Source: Phoronis australis (lineage: Eukaryota; Animalia; Phoronida). Taken from it: a stretch of DNA of 64,000 nucleotides. Shown one piece after another: positions 49,900 through 62,675 of the stretch. The notes under the pieces were generated by a model. The model saw nothing but the letters and a program-made list of their open reading frames with translations, searched no databases and was not told the DNA's origin. The translations under genes and the position numbers were made by a program. The DNA lies in the NCBI GenBank assembly GCA_002633005.1, contig NMRA01000058.1, forward strand, positions 473,585-537,584. Reading direction: 5' to 3'. How positions within the stretch are numbered: the first letter of the stretch is position 1; every line of letters begins with the position of its first letter.

Positions 49900-52830
49900 A
49901 AACTGTATTCTCCGTAACCCTGCCTGAATTCCATTAAATTCTTCCATAAATAAAAGATATTTGATACTGCACATTGAGAATCTTGAAGCTATTTTTGGCC
50001 CACAAAAAATATTAGACCAAGACCTGGATTTGAATTGGTCATGAGCAAAAATGTCTTTCGTATTCTCCGTAGCCCCTGTATTCTCCGTAGCCCCCAACTT
50101 TGAATTGTTAGTACATGGTTTGAAAAAACTTGTATCTAGGAGCATGTACTGAAGAAATAGAAACAAATAAACACTCCAAGACAAGAAAAATTAAAAGAAA
50201 AATTACTTATGGGCGGGATTTGAGGCAACTTTAGCTAAAATTACTTTTTCAATTTAAACTCGTTATTAATAAAACATGAATGTTCTTTGGTCATTCAGAA
50301 GTGTTGGTATTAACAAGTAAATGAATTATATTGCATTGCTCAAGTGTTCATCCACTTATGAACAGGTATCTGCATATTTCGTATTCTCCGTAGCCCCCCT
50401 CCATGACCTCTGTGTTATGTGAGATTTATGCATTCAATGTTTCCTGGTGATGAAAAGTGCTTTCCTGTATTTCTTTGAGGGTAGTTGATGGAAATAGGCA
50501 CCCCATTCATGCTATGAACAGTCCCACTAAATACGATTGGTTCTAACCCCAGTGGTTAAGGTAAACGGTGGGGTATGGAAAATTGAACTAGACCGTATTT
50601 ATCCACCTTGGCTGAGTCGTGCTCGGCTCACGATCAAAGGGATGCCGCCAAGCTGCTCTAGTCATCGAGTCACGAGCGAGGATAATTGGCTTCGCTCATG
50701 CGGACATGATCAGCTGATTACAATCTAGCTAGCAGACTGCACGGAGCGAAAACAAATATCAGTACAACTTTGAATTTTTCAAATCGGCCCAGGATAAGAG
50801 ATTTTGAAACACAGCAACACTCACGATTACTTTCATTCGGCGCGCACTAATGCAAAAATTTAGGACCCAAGTTATTTAGATTTTGGAACACATGCATTGC
50901 AATATTCAAAATACGTTTATTATGAATCTTACAAGCTGTAAAACAATGTTGTTAATTTTATTGTGTTCATTCATTGTCATCCGTCAAATCGGCAATTTCC
51001 GAGATGTGATCTGCGGCGTGCGCGTATGTGTACAAAACACGTGATTGTTATGTTCCTGAAGTACGAAAATTAAGAAGGCTTTAACATGCCGTTATAATTG
51101 ACAGGGACACGATAAAACGAATTTGGATTTTGACTATAGTCTTGATACAGCGATCTGACTGACCACTGCGTCAGTGTCTCCGTTAGACCCAGAAATTTCA
51201 CACAGCCCGGGTAGTTCATTTCGTACCCAACATGTAGATCGAGCCTTGGACTATTAATACTCCACGGCAGAGCTAACGACAGTCGGCCTGTGCACACAAA
51301 ATCTGTGAGTTAACTAGCACTCACCTTGCACGTTACAGCCGTTTAAGTGAAAAACAATCTAGTAAACGCCATTTTCTTGCATAATCCTCCGCCTTTTGTA
51401 ACAAAAAAGTCTATCGTCGATGACCCGCACACGCACGCTCACTCACTCTCATACACAGACGACCTTCAAAACAAACGTCACGTGACAACAACATGTGTGT
51501 TCATCCAGAGATTTTTCTCTTGTTGTGGAGTACGATGTAGCGCACATTTGGACTTAATCGCAATTAATCTGGACTCCACATGAACTTTAAAAATTGTAAA
51601 ACATCAGGAAGATTTCAGGTAATTTGTTGAGTCGAAACTATATTTTTATTCAAGAGTACAAGTTTTCCTATTGACGATGGCGATTCAGCGGCGACGCATC
51701 AGTCGGCAAGTTTTCGCCCTGTGATGAGCACAATTTTTTGAAAAATTATCGTAATTTAACAACGGAAGTTCATAGCAATGCACCACAATTTTGTAGAAAG
51801 ACTGTCATAGGCTAAAAATTCGTCACAAAGCGTAAATTTTATGAATCCTAGCTTCCGATTTTACCCGTTTGGGAAACCGGCTTTCAACTGCCGTAGGCTA
51901 CAATAAGAATCCCCTCCCCGTGAAATGATTTTTTCTAAGCGTTTATTAGAGCCAATACAGTATACAGCTTTCCACCAAGGCTAGGTGATACTACGACATT
52001 ATTCTTTGTTGCATTAGTAACTGGTCTTGGCTAATATTATCATTTTATGGCCTGGTCATCCATTCAGCCAAAAGTAGTTCCAGAGGTGGCTTATCAGCCA
52101 ATTATTCACGCATGCTGACTCACAATAGAAGCCTGATAAGAGTGAAGGTGGATAAATGCGGTGTTCCTACAGTTTCTTGTTTTAGTGGATGTGTTCACGA
52201 CATGTTGATGGTGAGGTGACTCTGATGACAGTTAAGAGCTGAGTATGTCCTAGGATAAAATTTTATTTTCTATTATGTTATATTTTTGTATTTGCACAAG
52301 TGTGAAGAAAATTGAGACAGTATTATCTCCCTTTTTCTAAACACAACTGTTTTTCGTAATTCAGAAGTAGTAGTATTGACAAGTAAATGAATTCTTTTGC
52401 ATTGCTCCAGTATTTTTCTTCCCACGAATAGTTACCTTCGCATTTTGTATTCTCCGTAGCCCCCCACTGACCTCTGTGACATGTGAGATTTATTTGTGCA
52501 AACAATGTTCACTGATAATGAAAAGTGTTTTCTTGTACTTCTTTGATGGTAGTTTATGAAATTAGGCATTCCTTTTGACCGTAATGTGACTCTGATGATA
52601 GTTAAGTGCCAAGTATGTCTAAGGATTAAGTACAATTGCTATGTTTTATTTGTATACTCACACCTTGTGAAGCATACACAGGTGTGAACCTAGTTTTTTT
52701 ATATTGATGTTCAGTTATCAAGTACATGAGTTACCAGAGTAACAAACTTTCATGTTCCTAAGCCAGATTTAAGCCTTTTCCAACATGGATGTAACGATAC
52801 CAATGATGAATTCTCCGTAGCCCACATTTT
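49900..52830. repeat. Transposon-derived region with dispersed motif TATTCTCCGTAGCCCC and a duplicated unit, interrupted by family B copy 4
   Basis: Motif at ~49906, 50061, 50079, 50382, 52448 and 52811; 50330-50510 plus 52215-52260 repeat 52395-52630. Confidence 0.55.
50515..52205 (+). mobile_element. Family B copy 4
   Basis: Colinear with copy 1 minus its insertions and with the reverse complement of copy 3. Confidence 0.85.
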
Positions 52831-52984
52831 TTATTTTTCTTATATCAACAGGCCAAATCTTAAAAACTAAATCAGGATACTTCACTAAAATTTAACCCGA
52901 TATTCCCTGTGTCATGTTGAATCCAAAGCTGAAATTAAAACTTAATAAAATGCCATTTCTGAAACAAAAGTGGGTATGAATTTA

Positions 52985-53575
52985 ATCCCTACCATGTTTC
53001 CTCCGTATTTTATCATCGAATTTCGGTTCGCACTATTTCCCGGTTGACACCGCCATGTTAGCTCAACTTATGATTACAGCGACACCTGTTGTTAATGAAT
53101 GTAACGGCTTCATTGATTTTGAATGGTGTTTGCCTGCACGAGATTCCCACTAAAGTTTTCCTGACATGATATGAAGGAACAAGTAGCAGCATTTCACCTG
53201 TTCCAATTTTTTATAATTGTGACCATTTGACCATTTTTCCACGAAATTGTTTGAAGTGCATACCATTTTCACAAATATGGACCTCCAAAACAACTTCCGC
53301 TTTTTTCGCGGTTTCGTGCTAAAAGATGCGTACCAGGGTCACTGTAGGATCAAATTCAAACCCTTGGCACCATAACTCGGGCGGGGGATAAACGAGTCTC
53401 GGTCAATTTGACCAGATGAAAAGTGACGATCTATAGAAGTCGGTAGATTAGTTAAGTTTTTGAGTTTTGAGTACCAGGTAACTCCTTCCATTCAACATGG
53501 CAGTATTACTAATGCGCACCGGGAAATAGTGCGAGCAGAAATTTCCCGATAAAATATTAAAAGAATGGGGTAGGA
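52985..53575. repeat. Degenerate foldback/long inverted repeat
   Basis: aatttcggttcgcactatttcccggt (~53019-53044) versus accgggaaatagtgcgagcagaaatt (~53518-53543), with weaker flanking symmetry. Confidence 0.5.
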
Positions 53576-53714
53576 AAAATTGCTAAGTATTTTTGGAAAT
53601 ATAACTTTGCAAGGAATCAAACGATACCAAAATCATATGTGTAAGTCAATATCGTCATATTGTAAACAATTACCCACAAAAGTGTGCACCCTCAGGGAAA
53701 AAATGCCGTCACTG

Positions 53715-55901
53715 CAGGGCTCGACATAACGAGCTGCAGGTCGCATTTGCGACCTGAAATTTGGAAATGCAAGCTGAGATTTTTGTCAGCTCGTATAAAG
53801 TCGCAAAATGCGACCTGGAATTTCCAACGAATGCGAGCTGAGTTTTTACACTTCTCAACAGATACCTGGCAAATACAAAGCAGCTCTTGTTAATCCAACC
53901 GTTATTTGGTTGTTGCCAAATACAAGTTCAAAAGAACACTAACCGAGAATAGGCCTCCCGATGACTTGTAAGCAAGTCGCGTGAACATGGGATATGCAGA
54001 ATCGATTTTTGACGCGTTTCATTGGCTAACACTTTCAGCCACTTTTGTAAATTCCCGGATTCGCCAAAGAAAGTTTTGGGCCACTGCTTACACGTGATAA
54101 AACTTCACAAAACAACGGTGTTTCTATTAATTCTTAAGCGATCAACTTACCAAACTTTGTGGTGGACAAAAATGCTTATTTTTCACATAAGATGTCCTTA
54201 TTACATGTACCAAATATCCATGACAATATCCCTGATATTGCACTGCGCCGCCGTTAGCGCGCAAGCGGTCCCGGCAGACAATCGTGACTTAGACGGAGAT
54301 GTGCTTCTCCTTTTTATCGTATTAAGACAGCCAAAATAAAAATGACAACCTTATTAATTGCCAAACGACGGTCACGTCTTTACTTTCAGTTGCCAAGAAA
54401 TTCTCAAACCCTTTACTTGTTTCTGGGGCTACGTGCGCGAAATATGATTTGTCTTTCACACGTTGTTGCCAACGTAAAGTGTAGGCCTACTCCAGCGATT
54501 CAAGTGCGTGAACTCGCGTGCGCACCACTTCAAAGAACAGCGACAGTCCTTGATGAAAGAGTATACCGGCTTGGCTCTGGTTTATTTGAAAATGAACTCA
54601 GTTTCCCAGCGGTTATAAAAGACCCGATGTCCCGGGACCAATATAACCCAGAACTAACGTTATCCTGTTCCGATGTTTCCCCGAGGTCGATGTTCTGTAA
54701 GCCCTGTAGGCCTATTCTATGCCCGTAGCCAGCTATTGCAACTAAACTGGCACTAGATGCGAAATTGTGGTTCAAGTTAGCGAACTTTTCATTCTTCGCT
54801 TGATACACCCCCCAACTTTTCGCTCCCAGAACCACCGTCACCGTAAAATGTTCAGACTCCTATAGAAACAACCTTGTTCCGGCTGAAGCGGGCAGTTAAA
54901 AAAAATCATTCCGGGAGGCTAAAAAGGGTACAATGTAGTTGGTAACGATATCCAGAAAGTCACCCCTACCAGATGGAGTTTGCATCGCAAAATCGTATTA
55001 TTATAACGTTTTTTACCATTGCAGCGTTTTAATATCTTATTACCGCAAACACTGAGGTTAACGACTATGCTCGCGCACAAGCCTACTCCCTACCTTTAAA
55101 GTGTTTCATAATAAGCGCTCACTGATCTATTAAAAGTCCCCCCTGAAATTTTGAGAATTTCCAATTAAGCACCCACAGTTCAAGCTAGCGCCCATCATTG
55201 CGCACTACAAACGACCGCGTGTGGTTTAAATATGACACGCACCTTATATGGTGTGTATCACTTTCATTTTACACAACTTCAGTTTTCAAACACGTCTTTT
55301 TACAATATGTAAAAACCAAATCCCGGCTTTGTTTTATACCTCGGAAAGAAAGTTAACACTAGTGACGTGCGTGTCGTTTTGCGACTGACCTATTTTTTCC
55401 GTACTTGGAAGGTATTGAAGAGCAAACTTGCGATTACCCGAGTTAGTTTGAATCGTTAACGACTTTGATGACGGCCAGTAGCAGACCAGATCTAACAAAA
55501 TCCCGGATACTTCTTCAACGGGCATTTTCTCCCTTTTCACATCGCAAATTTAGCTACTCGAATGCACAAGTCAGTTAGAGAGCACTGATTCAACTTTCAC
55601 GCCGGCAACTTGCCTTGCGCTCTATAGACTTTCAATGGCGGTCGTGAAGAACAGTAAGGCCGTACCTGCATGAATGAAGTCAATTTTGAGATCCGAAACT
55701 TGTGGGTATTTAACGCTGAAGGTAAGAACATAATCTAAACATTTTCTCGATGATCTAAAAAATCTATTTTGGCGCGTAAAAATGGCGGGAAAATTTTGCG
55801 ACCTGGCATTTACGAATGCGAGCTTGATTTTGAAAATGCGACCTGGGATTTTGGCTAGGTCGCAAAATGCGACCTGGCGATTTTAATAGCGTCGAGCCCT
55901 G
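53715..55901 (+). mobile_element. hAT-like MITE (2.19 kb), same family as 47264-48601, TSD lost
   Basis: TIRs CAGGGCTCGAC...GTCGAGCCCTG; subterminal GGTCGCA/TGCGACC repeats; flanks cactg and gaaat do not match. Confidence 0.85.
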
Positions 55902-58374
55902 GAAATGGTTTTTTTGGCAAATTATTCATCATAAAAAGTTCTTTAAAATGATGTATTACATGTCTATTTACACGTTTCTTAGTTTTGAAATAATAATTAT
56001 TTTGAACTAGCAGATTCGATTTGACAGAATTTTTACCAAAAATTTTGACACGAAAATGACATTTTCTCCGGAACCATAAGTCCAATTTAAAAAAATTTAC
56101 GATCGTTATTTTAGTCTCGAAAAGAGCTTTCTAATGATGTATATTACATGCACATTTTCTAACATTTTTGAAAAATGCTGTTCTCCCTACCTGTGGTCCC
56201 AAGCTGTCAAGGCTAACAGCAAACTGGCTGGCTACCATCGACCTATCACTATGCCAACTGTAGTTATTAGGGATTGAAACAGATAATATTTGCTAAGACT
56301 AAATACCCAAAATACTTGCCCAAATTACAGAGGAGTTTATCAAGATTTCCATTTTCAGAAGACTGCATGTTCGCTCGCTGAAGGTCGTCTGCTATCGGAA
56401 GTAAAAAACGAATCAATCTGGCGACTTGTCAAAAGTGGTTGTTACTTAGAACAAGAAATTGAAATAAACAGAAATACACGACGCAGAGTCCAGCACTGAC
56501 AAAAAATTTTTGCGTCAGGTCTGGCCACAATTTACCGTAGGCTTAGCCCACACTAGTAACAATGATCATGCAGAACAGCTACACAATTTCGGCCTGCAAC
56601 TAAGTTCATTGAAGCATCGCCATTTCTTACAAGATTAGTTTCTAATTGTCAAAAAAACAATCATTTCTCAATCAGTCCGTTTTCATAGATAAATAAACAT
56701 GTAAATCAGAAACCAACAATCAAATCCTTCAGAGCAACGCGTTTACCTTCATTTAAGTACTTAATTCCTTTTTGATCCTCTGTTAGTGAGTTTAAACAGA
56801 AAATCTTGTATCGAAGTCAAAAGCAATGCATTTATTGTCATTTGAATTGTGAGTAAATTTTTTGGGAAGTGTCTAAATTCCATCAATGTCTTTGAGAGTT
56901 GTTCTAGATAAGCAAAAATAATCCAAGTGCACTTTCCTACTTGGGGATCGGATTATAGAATTTTTCCGTATTCAGGCTTCAACTGGTCCTGATTCCTAAT
57001 CATTGCTTAAAATATTAGCTTGAAATTGCCAAAAATCATTCTATCAAACTGTCAGTTTTCATAAATACATAAACATGTAAATAAGAAACCAGCGAATTTG
57101 TTGATCAAAACGGAATGTTATATTTTCCGCAGGCATACTCGCAGATTTTTGACGGGTAACGGGGGGGCAATGGGAGATTGAGATTGGGCATTTTTGCTCA
57201 TTTCCGAGGTACCTAACGGTTCACAAGTTGAACTTGACCCCAAAAAATCTGAAATATTTGTTTATTATTTCCAGTATTTGGGCACTCAATCGACATGTAC
57301 ACGCCGGTCACCCCAATGGTAGCCTCGACAGCAGTGTTTTACACGTGTGGGAATTCCTTACAAACAACTCACAGCAACCATTTTCAAAAGAGATACTATT
57401 CTTGCGATACTATGGGAAACAGTAACAATATTCTACAACTAACCATAGTAAATGGTCCTTTTGTGTAATTAGCAGATAGAGGTATTCACGTTCTTCAAAA
57501 TTCCACCCTTTTGTTAACTCGATTAAAAGTGTGTGTTGTGTTTATGTTTACGTTAGAATCGGGCATGGGACTACAGCTGATGGGATGAGTGCAGTGTGTG
57601 GGTTGATGACTCTAGGAAACATGGCTTATTATGTAATAGTGTTACTCATATAGTTCCGTTCAGCAGTTGTGGTGAGTTCTATGTATAATTGGATATATTC
57701 CAAGAAATAACCTTTAAATATGGCCATGTTCGTAGTACAGCTATTCACTGACAAGAGAATTCGGTGACAAATTTGGTAGGGGCAATGAGCTATACCAGGA
57801 TAGCTCATTGGTAGGGGCAAGTAAATTCATGAAAAGTGACTAGATTAGTCATAGGGTTAGAATCATATAAATTCTGAATGAGAAGGCATTTTACAGCAGT
57901 TCAGAACGGAGATGTAAACGGGTTAAGACGTAGTGAAGCAGTTTATGAAATTAAAACCGATGTAGCAGCACTTTGATTCCTCCACACAAGTAAGTAGTTA
58001 TTTACTATTATTAGTATTGTAATTTTTAAGTAAAATAAGGTTTATTTAGAATTATTGTCAAATAGAAAGCTCAGAAATAAGTTTCACTATTATGAAAAAT
58101 ATCGTGAATAAGCTAGGAATCTTATTACGGTAATTAACGTTTATATCGGAATTATAAACAGTGTTTGACAAGTAATTGTTATTTAGATTAATTAGTTTCT
58201 AATGTTTTGTAATTTGTTGTTTGCAGATCGAATAAACATACTATCATTTATATGATATAAAGAGGAATCCTAGTTCTCATTGGTTTCGGCCTTGAGCCTG
58301 TCAGCGGTACACAGCGGTTAATGCTAGTAATCACAGATGTTTTACTTTAAGCACTTCAGAATATGAGATGAATG

Positions 58375-59740
58375 AAGTGGTCAAATTTTCAGAAGAAAAA
58401 TGTACCAAATGACCTGAAAATTTAGAATTCAAACTCAATCGCACTTATAATAAACAGATATATAATTCTGATGTCTCTAGCTCAGAATTTTAGTTTGCAC
58501 TCAATGACCTTTGACCTATTTTTTCTGATTGGTTAGGCCTATTGTGAAGTAAAGTAGGGTATTCAATTGGCATGTTGACTTACACCAGTGTGCTGAAATT
58601 GAAAAGAATTCCTTGAAAAACGTAAGAGATATAACTTTTTGAACGTGACATGACCTTTGCATTAATTGACCCTATCCGGTGCATTATAAGCGTCTTTAGG
58701 AAAAGTGTTGCAAAGCCCATGAAAAATGTGTTTAATGCTGAGAATCACAGTTGTCTAACGGTTGACACATCAGAATACTTGCTGATTGAAAAGGTCAAAT
58801 TTTCAGAAGAAAAATGCACCTAATGACACCATGGTTGCACTAAATGACCTGAAACTTTGTACTTCGAATTAAATTAGACGTACCAATCAGACTTGTGAAT
58901 TTAAAGTGTCTAGCTCAAAATTTTAGTTTGCACTCAATGACCTTTGACCTACTTTTTCTATTGCGTAGTAAAGTAGGGTGTTCAATTGGCATATTGACTT
59001 ACACCAGTGTGCTGAAATTGAAAAGAATTCCTTGAAAAACGTGAGATATAACATTTTGATCGTTACATGACCTTTGCACCAATTGACCCTATCCGGTGCA
59101 TTATAAGCGTCTTTAGGAGCATTTTTGAAAAGCCCATGAAAAATGTGTTTATACTGAGAATGACAGTTGTCTAACGGTTGATACATCAGAATACTTGCTG
59201 ATTGAAAAGGTCAAATATTCAGAAAAAATGTACCTAATGACCCATGTTTGCACTAAATGACCTGAAACTTTGCATTCCGAATTGAATTACCTGTGCCAAT
59301 CAGACCTGTGAATTTGAAGTGTCTAGCTCAAAATTTTAGTTTGCACCTAATAACCTTTGACCTATTTCACCTGATTGGATGACCCGATTACTTAGAATTA
59401 GAAAAGTAGTTTTTTAAATTGTCATGTTGACTTATACCTGTGCACCGAATTTGAAAAAGATAGCTTTAAAACTGAAGGAGGAGCAGCATTTTGAAAATTA
59501 TATGACCTTTTCACCAAAGGACCTCTTCCGGTGCAATATGGAATATGATTACATAACCAATCAAAATTTATATACTGTCAAAAGTCATGTGCTGAATTTA
59601 AAGACCGTACCTGCACCCAATTTGGAGTTATTAATCCTCAAAGTTGGTCAGAAGAAGAATAAGAATAAGAAGAATAAGAATAAAATTGAAGAAAACCCAG
59701 GAACAACAGTACTCTGCGCTTACACGCGCAGAGTAATAAA
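58375..59740 (-). mobile_element. Helentron-like non-autonomous element with ~416-bp tandem core repeats and an (AAGAAT)n microsatellite
   Basis: Units start at ~58379, 58793 and 59209 (ggtcaaat.ttcaga; tgacctttgacc motifs); microsatellite 59651-59690; terminal palindrome tactctgcgc-ttacac-gcgcagagta followed by an A-run. Confidence 0.65.
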
Positions 59741-62465
59741 AACAGTTTCAGTCTATATTCTGACATGCTCCATAGTTGCCCAGTCTTGGCCATTAGCTTA
59801 TTGCAAACATTCCTGTGGCTTCTGTGTGCAACGGAGTCAGGGATGTTAGTTTTCACCCACTGATCTGAGAAGAAGTGCAGCACATGCAGCTTCACCCTCA
59901 TGGTATATGTACAATGGTGATAGACCGATTAGCATTTCTAGGGCTGCAGAAGGTGGTCCTGAAAAAGCAGAGGTTATGCACAGCCAAGCTAGACGTTGCA
60001 GCTGCCTAAGTTTGTTGATAATTGTAATCTGTTTTAATGCTGTTACCCATATCGACGCAGCATAGGACATTATAGGTCGGATAAAAGCAGTATAAATCCA
60101 GAACATATTCTTGGGAGACATTCCCCACGTTTTACCCACCGCACGACTGCATCTCACCAATGCAGATTTGGCTTTTGAGATTTTTCTGAAACATGTGGGG
60201 TCCAGGAAAGACAATGGTGTAAAATGACACCTTGTAGGTAAGTCGCCTTGTCTACAAGATCAAGATGTTTACCATTCAGCGTTAAAGGCCGCATTGACTA
60301 TTTAAGCTTCCAAGTAAACATAATCACCTTTGTTTTGCTACCACTAATTTCTAAGCAAACTGACTTAGCCCATGTGGCTGTTGTATTCAGTGCTCTTTGA
60401 GTAAGATAGCGACATCTGTCAGGATCGATGTTAGACACACTGAGAACAATATCATCTGCATAGGCTTGAACATACAAGCTTGGACCAATGTCAGTAGATA
60501 ATTGTCGAAGCAAACCATCTATAACCATAACCAGGGTGGGTGAGGCAGCGCCACCCTGAGGTGTTCCTCTGGTGATGCGAACCGCCACTCTCACATCGTC
60601 CAGACAAGCAGTCACAGATTGACTTCCAAGCATGTTAATGATACACCTGGTAAGACACCTATTCACTTTAAAGTGGTTGAATGCAATTCGGATCGTATCA
60701 TGCTTAATATTGCTGAAAGCACCAACAAGATCAATGTAGGCACAGAGGGCAAATTGTTTATTAAAAACACCCCTTTCCAGTCTATCAACCAGATGATGTA
60801 GAGCGGTCTCCGTAGAGAAGCCAGGCCTATAAGCATATTGATGTTCTGAAATTTGTTCTGTATTCCTTGTTTATCAAGATGCCACAGAATAAGCCTTTCC
60901 AGTCCTTTGAGAAGTAAGGATGTTAAGGTTATAGGCCTAAATGATTCAGCCAAAAGGTATGAGTTCTTCCCTGGTTTATGAATGAAAACTACCCTAGTTT
61001 CAATCCAAGTCTTGGGGATGTAACCTAGTCTAAGACTAGCTTTGTAGGTCGCCGTGAGTATTTGGAATACTGGTATCCCAACCTCTTGCACCATTATAGG
61101 ATATATCCTGTCTAGTCCTGGGGACTTCCATGGTTTAAAAGACTTTAGAGCTATCTCCACGAGATGTAGTGTGGCTATGTTTTCAACATCAGCATAAGCT
61201 AATGGTTCACATTCCTCGGAATCCGTCACTTCTGAACATAGGTTCGATAGGTTTACACTATCAGGATAGTGCTTACCCATCATGACTTCGAGTGTTTTCT
61301 CGGCGGAGCGTGTGTATGAGCCATCCTCTTTTTGAATGACCTCGAGTCTGGAGGAGTGATTCTTCTTAAGCAATTGCACCAGCCCTGCAGATGCAGAGAG
61401 TCTGTTAGTTTGCTGACAGAAATTCCTGTGGGAATTGCGCTTTGCTTTGCGTGTAGCAGACTTAAACTTACGACAGGCAAGATGATATGCATCCCAGCAC
61501 TCGTCAGTGTCAGTCCGAATTGCCGCTCTGTGAGGTTTACGTGCCTTAACCCGAAGTGCTGCCAGTTCTTTGATCCACCAAATCTGTTGTTTTGGTTCCC
61601 CAGTGACCTTAATACAGCGTTCGGGGTAGGAAATATCTAGTGACTTGGTCAGGGCATTGTTAATGTCATCTGCCAATTTGTTAACATCAAAACGAGTCCT
61701 GATATTTGTTGTTTCTAGAGTAGAAAGGAGTTTGGGAACCTTTGAACGATAGAGTTCCCAGTTCACCTTATTGGTATTCCTATACTCAGTAAATAGTCGC
61801 CACTTCAAACCTGATGTATCTGTGGTCTAATTAGTTACCATATCAACAGCAGGCAAATTAACCAGAGTAAGGTCTATAACCTCCTGTCGGTTTCTGACAA
61901 CAAATGTGGACTCGTGCCCCTTGTTGCATATTAAAAGTTGTAAGCTGACAGTGAACTCTCGAAGTGCCTCACCTGTTGGGTTGTTTCAGTGCTGTGCCAC
62001 ACCTCGTGACGTGAATTGGCATCATAACAGATAACTAAAGGAATTTTTTTGGCTCTGCAGTGATTAGTGATTTGTTGCAGTTTAGATGGGGGTGGGTTCT
62101 CGGCGGAGTCCCCTTGCATCTAGGCTGAGACCCACCATAATGTGCATATTAGACCATTTGGTCTTAGTGTATCACAGGACAATGCCACAGTGTCCCTGTC
62201 ACAAAACTAAGGAAGGATTCTTGAGGTTATGTCCTTGGATATAAGAATCGCAGTCTTGGGCTTGATGTTGTTACTCAGTGAAGCAACATAAGATTTGGCA
62301 TCCCTAGGAGTGTTCATCATTGCGCTTCCCCGACAGAACGGCTCTTGTACGAAGGCCATGAATAGGGTATTGCACACAAGCGTCTGTTGCAGAAGCACTG
62401 GTGGGTTGTTGTCCCGGTGCAGATTTATCTGCCAGATTTTAATCTCTTAATTCATTTCATCATGT
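59740..62465 (-). pseudogene. LINE ORF2 (APE endonuclease + RT), LOA/R1-like, decayed and 3'-truncated
   Basis: APE motifs QINLH, AFVQEP, YDANSRHEVW; RT motifs SPGLDRI, VVFIHKPGK, SFRPITLTS, GTPQGG, QAYADDI; GKTWGMSPKNMFWIYTAFIRPIMSY; frameshifts. Confidence 0.88.
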
Positions 62466-62675
62466 TAATAATATACCAGTTACTGTCTATCCAGACTCCA
62501 CACCCCTCGTGAGTGGGGAAGGAGCCAGAGAAGATCTGTCATTGGATGGTACAGGTTCAGAAGCCTCAGCAACATTCCCTACCTCAGTCGTTTCATCACC
62601 CGCGTCCATTTCCACTGATTTTGTGGTGGGCGCACAGTCAGCTTCCATGTCCCAGGTTGACATCCTTTGTGAGGC

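Noticed and set aside
56747-56779. 33-nt AG/GT-bounded phase 1-1 exon-like segment on the minus strand (DQKGIKYLNE)
   Set aside because: Weak polypyrimidine tract, no homology, and upstream of a better first exon; likely chance.
57960-58240. Plus-strand donor (aa|gtaagt ~57990) and acceptor (tttgcag 58226) of a divergent transcript
   Set aside because: No coding frame or other support; splice-like words are common in AT-rich DNA.
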